Under the pieces are notes generated by a model, which saw nothing but the letters and a program-made list of their open reading frames with translations, was not told the DNA's origin and did no database searches. From contig JACPGF010000149.1 of NCBI GenBank assembly GCA_016182615.1, positions 1 through 59,632 on the forward strand: 59,632 nucleotides of DNA, given 5' to 3'. The position numbers were made by a program, and so were the translations under genes. Below are positions 9,439-18,099 of the stretch, one piece after another. This DNA comes from Ignavibacteriales bacterium (lineage in GTDB: Bacteria > Bacteroidota > Ignavibacteria > Ignavibacteriales > Ignavibacteriaceae). Every line of letters starts with the position of its first letter. Positions within the stretch are counted from its first letter, which is position 1.

Positions 9439-11301
9439 ATGGAAACAGTTTTGTTGATAGCAGCCGTTGTTTTACTTGTTGTAATTATTTTTCTTGTACT
9501 AAGGCCCCGGCCTGTTAATAACGATGCAAATAATCTGCTTATGCAGAAAATGACGGACATTCAGAACAGCCTGCAAAAAATCGAAAGCGGTCTGAAGGAA
9601 GATTTCCGCATAAACCGCGAGGAAAACTCGGGAAGCGCGAAAGCGAACCGCGAGGAACTCGGGCAGGGGCTGCGTGATATTAAATCGGAACTGTCACAAA
9701 CACTAGCCAATATTACCGGTAGTAATCAAAGTGCCATCGAATCGATAAACAAAACACTCGATGCAAAAATTGAACTGCTGACGAAAAAAATTGACGAGAA
9801 CAACACTGCAAACCGTGACACCCTTACCCGCAACCTGAAAGATTTTACCCTTGAGCAGCGCGGAAAATTTGAAGACTTGCGGACCGAGCAGCAGTCACTT
9901 AAAATACAAACAACAGACTTGCTTGAAAAAATTGCCGCCAGCGTGGAAAGTAAGCTGAACCTGATGTTTGAACAAAACCAGATAGAAAACTCTCTGCTGC
10001 GCGACACGCTGACTGCAACATTCAAGGGATTCCAGGATACGTTCTCGCAAAATGTTGAGGCCTTTAACACGCTGCAGCGCGATAAATTCGCCCGGCTGGA
10101 GGAAGATTTTGCAAAGCTTATTACCAACACCGAAAAAATATTCGAAGGCCTTAAAGTTTCAATCGATGAGCGTTTGCAAAAATCGCTCAAGGCGATAGAG
10201 GATTCCTCGAAGACCGATTCCGTTAATACCCGCGAAGCGCTTGTTTCTTCCTTGAAAACATTTCAGGAAGCATTTGACCGGAACGTAAAATCGTTTAATG
10301 ATGTACAGGTTGAAAAGTTCGGTAATCTCGAATCGAAACAAGACACGCTAATTAAAAACACCGAAAGCAAACTTGAGTTTATCCGCGTGACTGTTGAGGA
10401 AAAATTAGAGAAAACACTCAGCGACCGTCTGGGCCAAAGTTTTGAAACTGTCGGCAAGCAGCTTAACGAGGTTCAGAAAGGCTTAGGCGAAATGCAGACC
10501 CTCGCGCAGGACGTAGGCGGACTGAAAAAAGTGCTCAGCAACGTTAAAATGCGCGGCGGTATCGGTGAAGTGCAGCTTTCCATGCTGTTAGACCAGATTC
10601 TTGCCCCTGACCAGTATCAACCGAACGTGAAAACCAAACAAAACAGCAACGAAATTGTAGAGTTTGCCATTAAACTGCCCGGCCGTGATGATAACAACGT
10701 ACCGGTATGGCTGCCCGTCGATGCGAAATTCCCCAAGGACAAGTACGAAACGTTGCAAGCCGCGTATGACACCGGCGACACCGCGCTAATAGATACGGCA
10801 CAAAAAGACCTTGAAACAACCATTAAAAGGATGGCAAAAGACATACACGACAAATATATCGATCCCCCGAACACAACCGATTTTGGTATCATGTTCCTGC
10901 CGTTCGAAAGCCTGTTTGCCGAGGTTGTCCGCAAAGCAAGCCTGCTCGAGGAACTGAACAGGACATACAAGATTATCGTAACGGGTCCCACCACGCTCGC
11001 CGCGATTCTGAACAGTCTGCAAATGGGCTTTAAAACACTGGCCATACAAAAGCGCAGCAGCGAGGTTTGGAAAGTACTTGGCGCGGTTAAAAAAGAGTTC
11101 GAGCAGTTTGGCGGCTTGATGGAAAAGGCGCAAAACAACATACAAACCGGCCTTAACCAGCTTGATGATGTGATGGGCAAACGGACACGTGCAATACAAC
11201 GGCAGTTACGGAATGTCGAATCGACCAATGAAATAAGTCCTGTGGCTATACTACCGGGAGCAGCCCCTGCTGAACTGTTTGATGACGAAGCGGAGGAGTA
11301 A
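9439..11301 (+). CDS. rmuC: DNA recombination protein RmuC
   Basis: 620 aa with an N-terminal TM helix, a long coiled-coil region and a C-terminal RmuC-type domain (VEFAIKLPG...VWLPVDAKFP...FGIMFLPFESLFAE...IIVTGPTTL). Confidence 0.85.
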   Translation: METVLLIAAVVLLVVIIFLVLRPRPVNNDANNLLMQKMTDIQNSLQKIESGLKEDFRINREENSGSAKANREELGQGLRDIKSELSQTLANITGSNQSAIESINKTLDAKIELLTKKIDENNTANRDTLTRNLKDFTLEQRGKFEDLRTEQQSLKIQTTDLLEKIAASVESKLNLMFEQNQIENSLLRDTLTATFKGFQDTFSQNVEAFNTLQRDKFARLEEDFAKLITNTEKIFEGLKVSIDERLQKSLKAIEDSSKTDSVNTREALVSSLKTFQEAFDRNVKSFNDVQVEKFGNLESKQDTLIKNTESKLEFIRVTVEEKLEKTLSDRLGQSFETVGKQLNEVQKGLGEMQTLAQDVGGLKKVLSNVKMRGGIGEVQLSMLLDQILAPDQYQPNVKTKQNSNEIVEFAIKLPGRDDNNVPVWLPVDAKFPKDKYETLQAAYDTGDTALIDTAQKDLETTIKRMAKDIHDKYIDPPNTTDFGIMFLPFESLFAEVVRKASLLEELNRTYKIIVTGPTTLAAILNSLQMGFKTLAIQKRSSEVWKVLGAVKKEFEQFGGLMEKAQNNIQTGLNQLDDVMGKRTRAIQRQLRNVESTNEISPVAILPGAAPAELFDDEAEE

Positions 11302-11348
11302 TGTAGAATGTAGAATGTAAAATGGAGAATGAAAAATTAAGAGTGTGA
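11300..11348 (+). repeat. Tandem heptamer array, 7 units (AATGTAG x2, AATGTAA, AATGGAG, AATGAAA, AATTAAG, AGTGTGA)
   Basis: Period-7 repeat starting inside the rmuC TAA stop codon (11299-11301). Confidence 0.75.
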
Positions 11349-11682
11349 AACGTGCCTGAGTGCGGGAAATTAACGGGCAAGTTGTTAAGGCGGGTGGGGA
11401 ATGGAAGCGGAATGCAAGCGTGCTTTTTACTTGATTACACAATTAAAAACAATAGTATTATATGAGTCTGGACTAAAAAGCTGCAAATTGATTCTTTTAG
11501 CCTCATTTTTTAGATTAAAATAAAGGCCAAATTAGCTTTTGAGAGTGGACTCATTATATGAATTGTAATATTAAGATATTCAGGATTTTGAGACGTAGAA
11601 TTGTAGATTTTTTTAGCCCTGTGTATTAATCTTTTAAGAATTGGAAAAGTTAGATTTATCCATTTTTTTCTGGAATAGTTAA

Positions 11683-14600
11683 ATGAGTATTAACTGGAAT
11701 AACATTAGAACAATAGGACCCTCTAAAAACGAAGGGTTTGAAGAGTTTGTTTGCCAACTTGCTAGAAAAGAAACTGCTCCTGACAGCTCGATCTTTATCA
11801 GAAAGGGAAAACCTGATGCCGGCGTTGAGTGCTTTAGGATTTTAGAAAATGGTGATGAATGGGCCTGGCAAGCAAAATATTTTACTGCCAGTCTTGAAAA
11901 AGCTCAGTGGCAACAACTGGATCATTCTGTAAACCGGGCAATCAAAGCACATCCTAATTTAAAAAAATATACTATAGCTATCCCAATTGATCCACCGGAT
12001 GCAAGAAATGCAAAGCAAATTTCAATGCTTGAGAGATGGGATGTGCATGTTAGGAAATGGACAAGTTTGGTCTCGAAAAAAGGTAAGACTATTGAAATTG
12101 TTCCGTGGTGGAGTTCTGATTTAATTGAGAAACTTCAAAAACCAGAAAATGTTGGGTTAACTTATTTCTGGTTTAATAAGGAAGAATTCACCGATAGCTG
12201 GTTTATAGAGCAAAATGAACTAGCTATTGCAGACCTAGGGGCACGGTATACCCAGAAACTCAATGTTGAACTTGAAATATCAAAAGTATTTAGCGGCCTC
12301 TCTCGCGATGAAATTTTCAGAAATAGATTTAACCAATTAATTGGAAAATTATTTCTAATTGGAAACAACCTACGATGTGAAGAAAAATTAATAGAAAATC
12401 TGCTCCGAAAGTTTAAAGATGTATTGAGTAAGATCACCATATTATATAATCGCATAAATCTTGTTGGTATTGAACCAATTCCGGTTTACAAACTTATCTG
12501 TTTTTTGAACCAATTGAATGATGTGATTGATTCCATAAGTGATATTCTGTTGGAAGAAGAAGACAAATTAATAATGCCCAATGAATATCATTTTAATAAA
12601 AAGTATGGTTCACAGATAACGCTTATTAGAAAGTTTAACAACTCTATTGGCGAATTAAGAGAATTTTTACAAAGTGCAGTGGTTGAATTGGCCGATAGAC
12701 CGTTTCTATTATTAACCGGAGAAGCTGGTGTTGGCAAATCTCATTTGATTGCCGATATTGTAAAAAGGCGCAATGTCGCCAATTTGAGAAGTCTTTTTCT
12801 GCTTGGACAGCACTTTGTTTCCGACGAAAATCCTTGGTCACAGATATTTTTAGGTCTGCAGCTTAAATGTTCGCTTGATGAGTTCCTAGGCGCTCTAGAT
12901 TCTAAAGCGCAAATAAGTGGAAATAGAATTGTCTTTTTTATTGATGCTATCAATGAAGGCAGGGGAAAATTCTTTTGGGGTAAGTATATAAATAGTTTTA
13001 TTGAGAAAATTAAAAAATATCAGTGGTTGGGGCTTGTTTTGTCTGTTCGCAGTACCTATGTTGACGTTATTTGGTCAAAAACGGAACTTATAGATGAATT
13101 TCTAATTTGCTATAATCATACTGGATTTAAGGATATAGAATTCGAAGCATCAAATGAATTTTTTAACTATTACAACATTCAACTTCCAAATGTTCCTTTA
13201 TTACATCCTGAATTTCAAAACCCGCTGTTTCTTAAATTATTCTGCGAAGGTTTAAGGAATGGTGGTTTCACCAAGATACCTGATGGCATGCAGGGTATAA
13301 CTACGATATTTGATTTTTATACCAGTAGTTTAAATAAAATCTTATCCAGCCCTGATCGATTAAACTATTCTAAGAATTTTAATATTATTGGTAAAGTTTT
13401 GGAGGCACTTGTTGCATATAAAACAAAGAACAAGATTTCCTACGTCCCCCTTGAAGATGCACTTAATATCGTTAATCAATTATCTGCTGAAGTTGGTATC
13501 CCTCATGGTGTCTTATTAGATGAGCTGCAATCAGAAGGAATTCTTACGGAAAATAGATATAGGCTTCCAAGCCATAATTATGAGTATGGATTAAACTTAG
13601 CATACGAAAGATTTGAAGATCATATTGCTGCAAATTTGATTATAACCAAATACCCTGATTTAGAAAATTCCTTCAAAGAAAATGGGGATTTATTCTATAT
13701 TGTTGACAGTGTCGGGGCGTGTTATTCTAACAAGGGCTTGATGGAGGCTTTATCTATTCAATTGCCTGAAAAAATCGGGAAAGAATTCTATGAAATAACT
13801 CCTCATTTAAAAAATGAATACCCCATAATTGAATGTTTTGTTCAGAGTTTGCTTTGGCGGAAAAATGAGACTATTTCACCAAAACTTTTAGATTTTATAA
13901 ATAACTTCGTATTCTCTTTTAATGGAACCCTTGATTTATTTTGGGGAACTGTTCTTTCTGTCTCAGCAATGCCCGGTCATTATTTTAATGCCAACTTTCT
14001 CCATAAGCAACTTTTTCCCTTGAGTTTGGCCAACAGAGATGCTTGGTGGACTATTTTTTTGAAGAAAATGTATTATAATAAATCTATCATTGAAAGATTT
14101 ATTTCTTGGATTTGGACCATAGAAAACAGAAGTTATATTTCTGATGAATCTGTAAAACTGACCAGTATTACCTTGGCGTGGTTTCATACAAGTACAAACA
14201 GAAAATTGCGGGATTCAGCCACCAAAGCATTAGTTTGTCTTTTGGAGGATCGAATAGCGGTTTTAATTAGTCTTTTAAAGGATTTTGAAGGGATTAGTGA
14301 CCCTTATGTTTATGAAAGATTGTTTGCTGTTGCCTACGGATGTGCTTTAAGAACCAGTCAGAAAGAAAAACTGTTGGGACTGAGCACATATATTTTCGAA
14401 ACAATTTTCAATACCAATGCCGAAGTGTATCCGCACATCCTACTCAGAGATTATGCCAGAGGTGTTATTGAATACACAGCTTTTCTGGGATATAAATTGG
14501 AATTTGATATTGAAAAGGCAAGACCACCTTATAGCAGCAGTTTCCCGACATATATACATTCCGATAAATATATAAAAAAGAAATACGGGGTTGACAGTGA

Positions 14601-15909
14601 CTCCGAAAATTTCAAGGATTATCATTGGGGGCAGGACTATATTCTGACATCCATGGTAACTGAGCAAACGAAAAAGATCTATGGCGATTTCGGAAGGTAC
14701 GTCTTTCAGAGAGCCTTGGGTTGTTGGGAATTAAATTGTAATACACTGAGCAATCTGGCAATTGATTTGATATTTGAGAAATACGGCTATGATAAAGAAA
14801 AGCATGGGGGATTTGATCGAGAATTGAGATCAGGTAGAGAAAATATTAGCAGTCCCAATGAAAGAATCGGGAAAAAATATCAATGGCTTGCATTCCATGA
14901 AATACTTGCGAGAGTCTCTGATAATTTCGCCATTAAAACAGAATTTAGCAAAGATACAGGTACTGATATAAAATATGAAGGAACTTGGGATCCATACGTG
15001 AGAGATATTGATCCATCTATTACCATGAAAAATATTGTATCTACAAATGAGCGTGGCTCAACTCATTTCTCGTGGGCAATTGAAAATCATGGAAATTGGG
15101 AGCTAAACAATAAGGACTGGCTTAAAACCACTTCGGATTTACCTGATATTGTGAAACTTCTTACTGTATCGGATAACATGAATTCAGACTGGTTAGTTTT
15201 ATCCGGTTATACAGAGTGGAACGAACCGACAAAACTTGGTTATGAAAAATGGGATTTACCTCAAAAAGAAATGATATATTCAATAAGAAGCTATTTGGCA
15301 CCAGAAGATGAATTTAAAACAATAGAGAACAGGTTTTTAACACAAGATTTTTTATATGCGCAATTACCTCAAGAAACAAATTGGTACGAGGTTTTCAGCA
15401 GAGAGTATTATTGGGCTCCGGCATATAATTATTTTAATCATGACTATTTTGGGAGTCCTGAGAGAGTACAGATATTCGATGAACAAACCAATGAATCAAT
15501 ATTAGATGTGATGATTACTTCTAAAGTATATTATTGGGAGAAAGGAATTGACCATTCAAAAGAAGAAGCAATCAGTATAATCCGCCCAAGCAGAAACATT
15601 TATGAGAATATGTCTTTGCAGTTTTCCAAAAATGAAGGTGAATTAACGGATGTTGACGGAAATTTGATTTGCTTTGATCCCTCCGTCAGTAATAAAACCA
15701 AACCGTCTCTATTGATTAAAAAACAACCTTTTTGGGAATTTTTAAAAAAGAATCATCTGCGTATTTTTTGGAGAATATCCGGAGAAAAAAGAGTGAGTGG
15801 TGGTTACAAAACAAAAAAGGATTTTCTTGGGCGACTTGAAATAAGAGGCAAATATTTATTAAACGAGGCGGGACAACTTGAAGGTCAAATTACGACACGA
15901 AATACTTAG
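11683..15909 (+). CDS. Large STAND-type P-loop NTPase with N-terminal Mrr-like PD-(D/E)xK nuclease domain (Avs/bNACHT-like candidate antiphage protein)
   Basis: 1408 aa. N-terminus FEEFVCQLARKE..KGKPDAGVECF..WAWQAKYF (D45, E49, Q63-x-K65). Walker A LLLTGEAGVGKSHL (aa 343-356, nt 12709-12750). Walker B IVFFIDAINEG (D421 at nt 12943). About 950 aa remain unassigned at the C-terminus. Sequence is visibly AT-richer than the flanks. Confidence 0.6.
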   Translation: MSINWNNIRTIGPSKNEGFEEFVCQLARKETAPDSSIFIRKGKPDAGVECFRILENGDEWAWQAKYFTASLEKAQWQQLDHSVNRAIKAHPNLKKYTIAIPIDPPDARNAKQISMLERWDVHVRKWTSLVSKKGKTIEIVPWWSSDLIEKLQKPENVGLTYFWFNKEEFTDSWFIEQNELAIADLGARYTQKLNVELEISKVFSGLSRDEIFRNRFNQLIGKLFLIGNNLRCEEKLIENLLRKFKDVLSKITILYNRINLVGIEPIPVYKLICFLNQLNDVIDSISDILLEEEDKLIMPNEYHFNKKYGSQITLIRKFNNSIGELREFLQSAVVELADRPFLLLTGEAGVGKSHLIADIVKRRNVANLRSLFLLGQHFVSDENPWSQIFLGLQLKCSLDEFLGALDSKAQISGNRIVFFIDAINEGRGKFFWGKYINSFIEKIKKYQWLGLVLSVRSTYVDVIWSKTELIDEFLICYNHTGFKDIEFEASNEFFNYYNIQLPNVPLLHPEFQNPLFLKLFCEGLRNGGFTKIPDGMQGITTIFDFYTSSLNKILSSPDRLNYSKNFNIIGKVLEALVAYKTKNKISYVPLEDALNIVNQLSAEVGIPHGVLLDELQSEGILTENRYRLPSHNYEYGLNLAYERFEDHIAANLIITKYPDLENSFKENGDLFYIVDSVGACYSNKGLMEALSIQLPEKIGKEFYEITPHLKNEYPIIECFVQSLLWRKNETISPKLLDFINNFVFSFNGTLDLFWGTVLSVSAMPGHYFNANFLHKQLFPLSLANRDAWWTIFLKKMYYNKSIIERFISWIWTIENRSYISDESVKLTSITLAWFHTSTNRKLRDSATKALVCLLEDRIAVLISLLKDFEGISDPYVYERLFAVAYGCALRTSQKEKLLGLSTYIFETIFNTNAEVYPHILLRDYARGVIEYTAFLGYKLEFDIEKARPPYSSSFPTYIHSDKYIKKKYGVDSDSENFKDYHWGQDYILTSMVTEQTKKIYGDFGRYVFQRALGCWELNCNTLSNLAIDLIFEKYGYDKEKHGGFDRELRSGRENISSPNERIGKKYQWLAFHEILARVSDNFAIKTEFSKDTGTDIKYEGTWDPYVRDIDPSITMKNIVSTNERGSTHFSWAIENHGNWELNNKDWLKTTSDLPDIVKLLTVSDNMNSDWLVLSGYTEWNEPTKLGYEKWDLPQKEMIYSIRSYLAPEDEFKTIENRFLTQDFLYAQLPQETNWYEVFSREYYWAPAYNYFNHDYFGSPERVQIFDEQTNESILDVMITSKVYYWEKGIDHSKEEAISIIRPSRNIYENMSLQFSKNEGELTDVDGNLICFDPSVSNKTKPSLLIKKQPFWEFLKKNHLRIFWRISGEKRVSGGYKTKKDFLGRLEIRGKYLLNEAGQLEGQITTRNT

Positions 15910-15972
15910 CTTAATAATTGAGGAGTAAAAATTTTACTATTTTTTATAAATTTAGAATATCTTAACTTATAA

Positions 15973-16434
15973 GTGAAGAAATTTAAAATTACCTCTGTTT
16001 ATTCCGGAAGTAAGACAGAAATCTATTCTGTTCAAATTGATGGTTCTGAGAAATCGGAATTCGAAAAATTCATTGAGCGTTTCTCTGAAACACATAGATC
16101 CGATGTTAATTATTTGGCGGATACGGTTCAGAAAATCGCTGATATTTTTGGTATTCGCGAGCAGTTCTTTAAGCCTCAGGGATTGGACGGCGTGTACCGT
16201 TTTATCATGCATCGCGACAAAAAAACATCTCTCCGTTTATATTGCATAAAATGGGGATCCGAGCTGCTTATTATAGGCGGCGGGGGTATAAAAGAAGTTA
16301 GAACCTGGCAGGAAAGCCACGAGTTAAGTAAAATAGTACGTGAATTGTCAAAAATAGATAAATATCTTTTAGACAATAAAATTGATATAAAAAATGCTGT
16401 TAAATCAAATGAAATATTTGATGAAGGAATATAA
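15973..16434 (+). CDS. Putative RelE/HigB (Gp49-like) superfamily toxin
   Basis: 153 aa. Core GVYRFIMHRDKKTSLRLYCIKWGSELLIIGGGGIKEVRT resembles the RelE/Gp49-type beta-sheet core. Its stop lies 1 nt before the XRE gene. Confidence 0.45.
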   Translation: MKKFKITSVYSGSKTEIYSVQIDGSEKSEFEKFIERFSETHRSDVNYLADTVQKIADIFGIREQFFKPQGLDGVYRFIMHRDKKTSLRLYCIKWGSELLIIGGGGIKEVRTWQESHELSKIVRELSKIDKYLLDNKIDIKNAVKSNEIFDEGI

Positions 16435-16435
16435 A

Positions 16436-16948
16436 ATGGCAATTAACAAATTTTTAGAAATATTACAAAAAATCCCTCAGGAAGTCAGTAGTTTCAACAG
16501 GCTTTCAATGGGTATCGCCGCTTTTCTGGACGATAGATTAAAAGAAAACGGCATGACACAAAAAGCCTTAGCTAATATCATGGCTAAAAAAGAGTCTGAA
16601 ATTAGCAAATGGATGGGTGGCAAACATAATTTTACCATTAAATCAATTGCCAATCTCGAAGCCGCATTAGGCACAGAAATACTATCGGTAAACCAAACAC
16701 AACCAATGCAGGGCAATGGCATTAATGACGTCTCCAATGAAGCAGTTATTATGAGACGGACATTTAACACTGTTAATCTACCTGCTCGGACAGCAATAAT
16801 ATTTATTTACCCCGAATTAGTTGAGCTAAGAACTCCGGGAACAGGAAATTCTTTGGTTAACGCAAGTACAAGGGCGGCTATTCTTAATGAATTAAACCTG
16901 AGTGCCGGAAACCATGAAACCATTAATTCTCAAGCAAGCTGGGCATAG
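16436..16948 (+). CDS. XRE-family HTH antitoxin with ~85-aa C-terminal extension
   Basis: ATG at 16436 is preferred to the listed 16394 start, which overlaps the toxin. HTH: LKENGMTQKALANIMAKKESEISKWMGGKHNFTIKSIANLEAALG. A long non-HTH tail follows, with the hydrophobic patch AIIFIYPELVEL. Confidence 0.7.
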   Translation: MAINKFLEILQKIPQEVSSFNRLSMGIAAFLDDRLKENGMTQKALANIMAKKESEISKWMGGKHNFTIKSIANLEAALGTEILSVNQTQPMQGNGINDVSNEAVIMRRTFNTVNLPARTAIIFIYPELVELRTPGTGNSLVNASTRAAILNELNLSAGNHETINSQASWA

Positions 16949-16950
16949 TA

Positions 16951-17424
16951 ATGCAGACAGAAATAAAAGAGCCGTTGTCTATTAGCTTTAATTTGAAACA
17001 GATACGGACACTTGAATTTTCGATTTCAAACCGTATTAATCAAAATTCGTTTGATGTATCTTTAGTCCAATTCAGAGTTTCCTTAGGTTATGAATTTAAT
17101 GCAGACTCTGATTTACTCGGAATTCAAACTACTGTTGAGGTATTTACCGATAATTCCGAACAGTTGAAAATATGTCACCTCATCACACTTATTACATTTC
17201 AAGTCACTGATTTAGGAAAAATATTTAGATCCTCAGAAAGCGAAATAACTGTCCCCGATATACTCATGCATACTTTTTTATCGTTAGCAATTTCTACAAC
17301 AAGAGGAATACTTACCGCTAAAACCGAGGGCACTGTTTTGCACGATTCATTTATGCCGGTAATTGATTTGCAGCAATTTCTTAGCCAAACAGATACCCCA
17401 AAAGGGAAGCTAATTATCCCCTAA
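16951..17424 (+). CDS. SecB-like chaperone candidate
   Basis: 157 aa (E. coli SecB is 155 aa). Hand alignment to SecB: [14 protein letters not shown] ~ [26 protein letters not shown] ~ [25 protein letters not shown] ~ [32 protein letters not shown] ~ [30 protein letters not shown] ~ APVNFDALF. It starts 2 nt after the antitoxin stop. Confidence 0.5.
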   Translation: [157 protein letters not shown]

Positions 17425-17459
17425 ACAAATCCAGATAAGCAGCAAATTCGAATTCAAGG

Positions 17460-17779
17460 GTTCGTTTCCATTCGGTTGTTTCGTGCAGTATTCCTAACCG
17501 GACAAAATCGGCTATAATGGCATTTGCCGTCGAACTGCTTATCTTTAATGCCTGCTGCACCTGTTGCAAATACCCTCGCAGAGCGGTATCTCCGGCGGAC
17601 AGCCAAAATTTATAAAACCATTTGCTGCTGCCTCGGTTGGTATCGATGCCCTCTTTTTAGAAATACACCCCGGCCCGAAAAACGCCCTGAGCGATGCCGC
17701 CACCCAACTGCCGCTAGAAGATGCCGAAGCACTTCTACGGAAAATTAAGCAGATTGATGATGTGGTAAAACACCGGTAA
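17460..17779 (+). pseudogene. kdsA: 5'-truncated, frameshifted remnant of kdsA (3-deoxy-8-phosphooctulonate synthase)
   Basis: HLLQIPSQSGISGGQPKFIKPFAAASVGIDALFLEIHPGPKNALSDAATQLPLEDAEALLRKIKQIDDVV matches the KdsA C-terminus (THxxQxPG..SGGxRxF...GLFxExHPxPxxAxxDG). A TAA stop at 17546 and a frame change lie upstream. There is no N-terminal half. Confidence 0.65.
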
Positions 17780-17969
17780 CCGCCGGGGGATTTGTTCGCG
17801 GAGTTTGGTCTATTTCGTCGCTTAATGAACCGAATAGCATGTAGTTAGGGTTTTATCCATTCCGCGCAATAATGTATCCGCACATCAATAATTAAAAACT
17901 CATAACCTGTCCGGCTGCATCCATGCATGACTGTTTCTTCCAGGCAGGTTACATGCGGGCGCAGACCGG

Positions 17970-18025
17970 CTCATCACTCCTTACTCATCACTCATCGCTC
18001 ATAATTCATCATTCCTAATTCATAA
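17970..18025 (-). repeat. Tandem heptamer array, ~8 units (minus-strand reading TTATGAA TTAGGAA TGATGAA TTATGAG CGATGAG TGATGAG TAAGGAG TGATGAG)
   Basis: Period-7 repeat read directly on the plus strand as CTCATCA CTCCTTA CTCATCA CTCATCG CTCATAA TTCATCA TTCCTAA TTCATAA. Confidence 0.75.
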
Positions 18026-18099
18026 TTCCCTTGACTTATTATTGCCAAACCATTATCTTACCGAAAATATTTATGATAATTAATTAAACTGATAAAGAA

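Noticed and set aside
10617-11228. 203-aa and 137-aa minus-strand ORFs inside rmuC
   Set aside because: They are antisense to the conserved RmuC C-terminal domain, have Ser/Cys-rich composition, and show no start context.
11300-11348. Heptamer arrays considered as a possible CRISPR or minisatellite locus
   Set aside because: The period is 7 nt with no spacers and no repeat of CRISPR length. No cas genes are present. They are reported instead as a separate repeat family.
17524-17748. 74-aa ORF in the kdsA remnant region
   Set aside because: It is an alternative frame of the same DNA. The KdsA-like translation is in the other frame (17564-17779), so this ORF is a by-product of the decayed gene.
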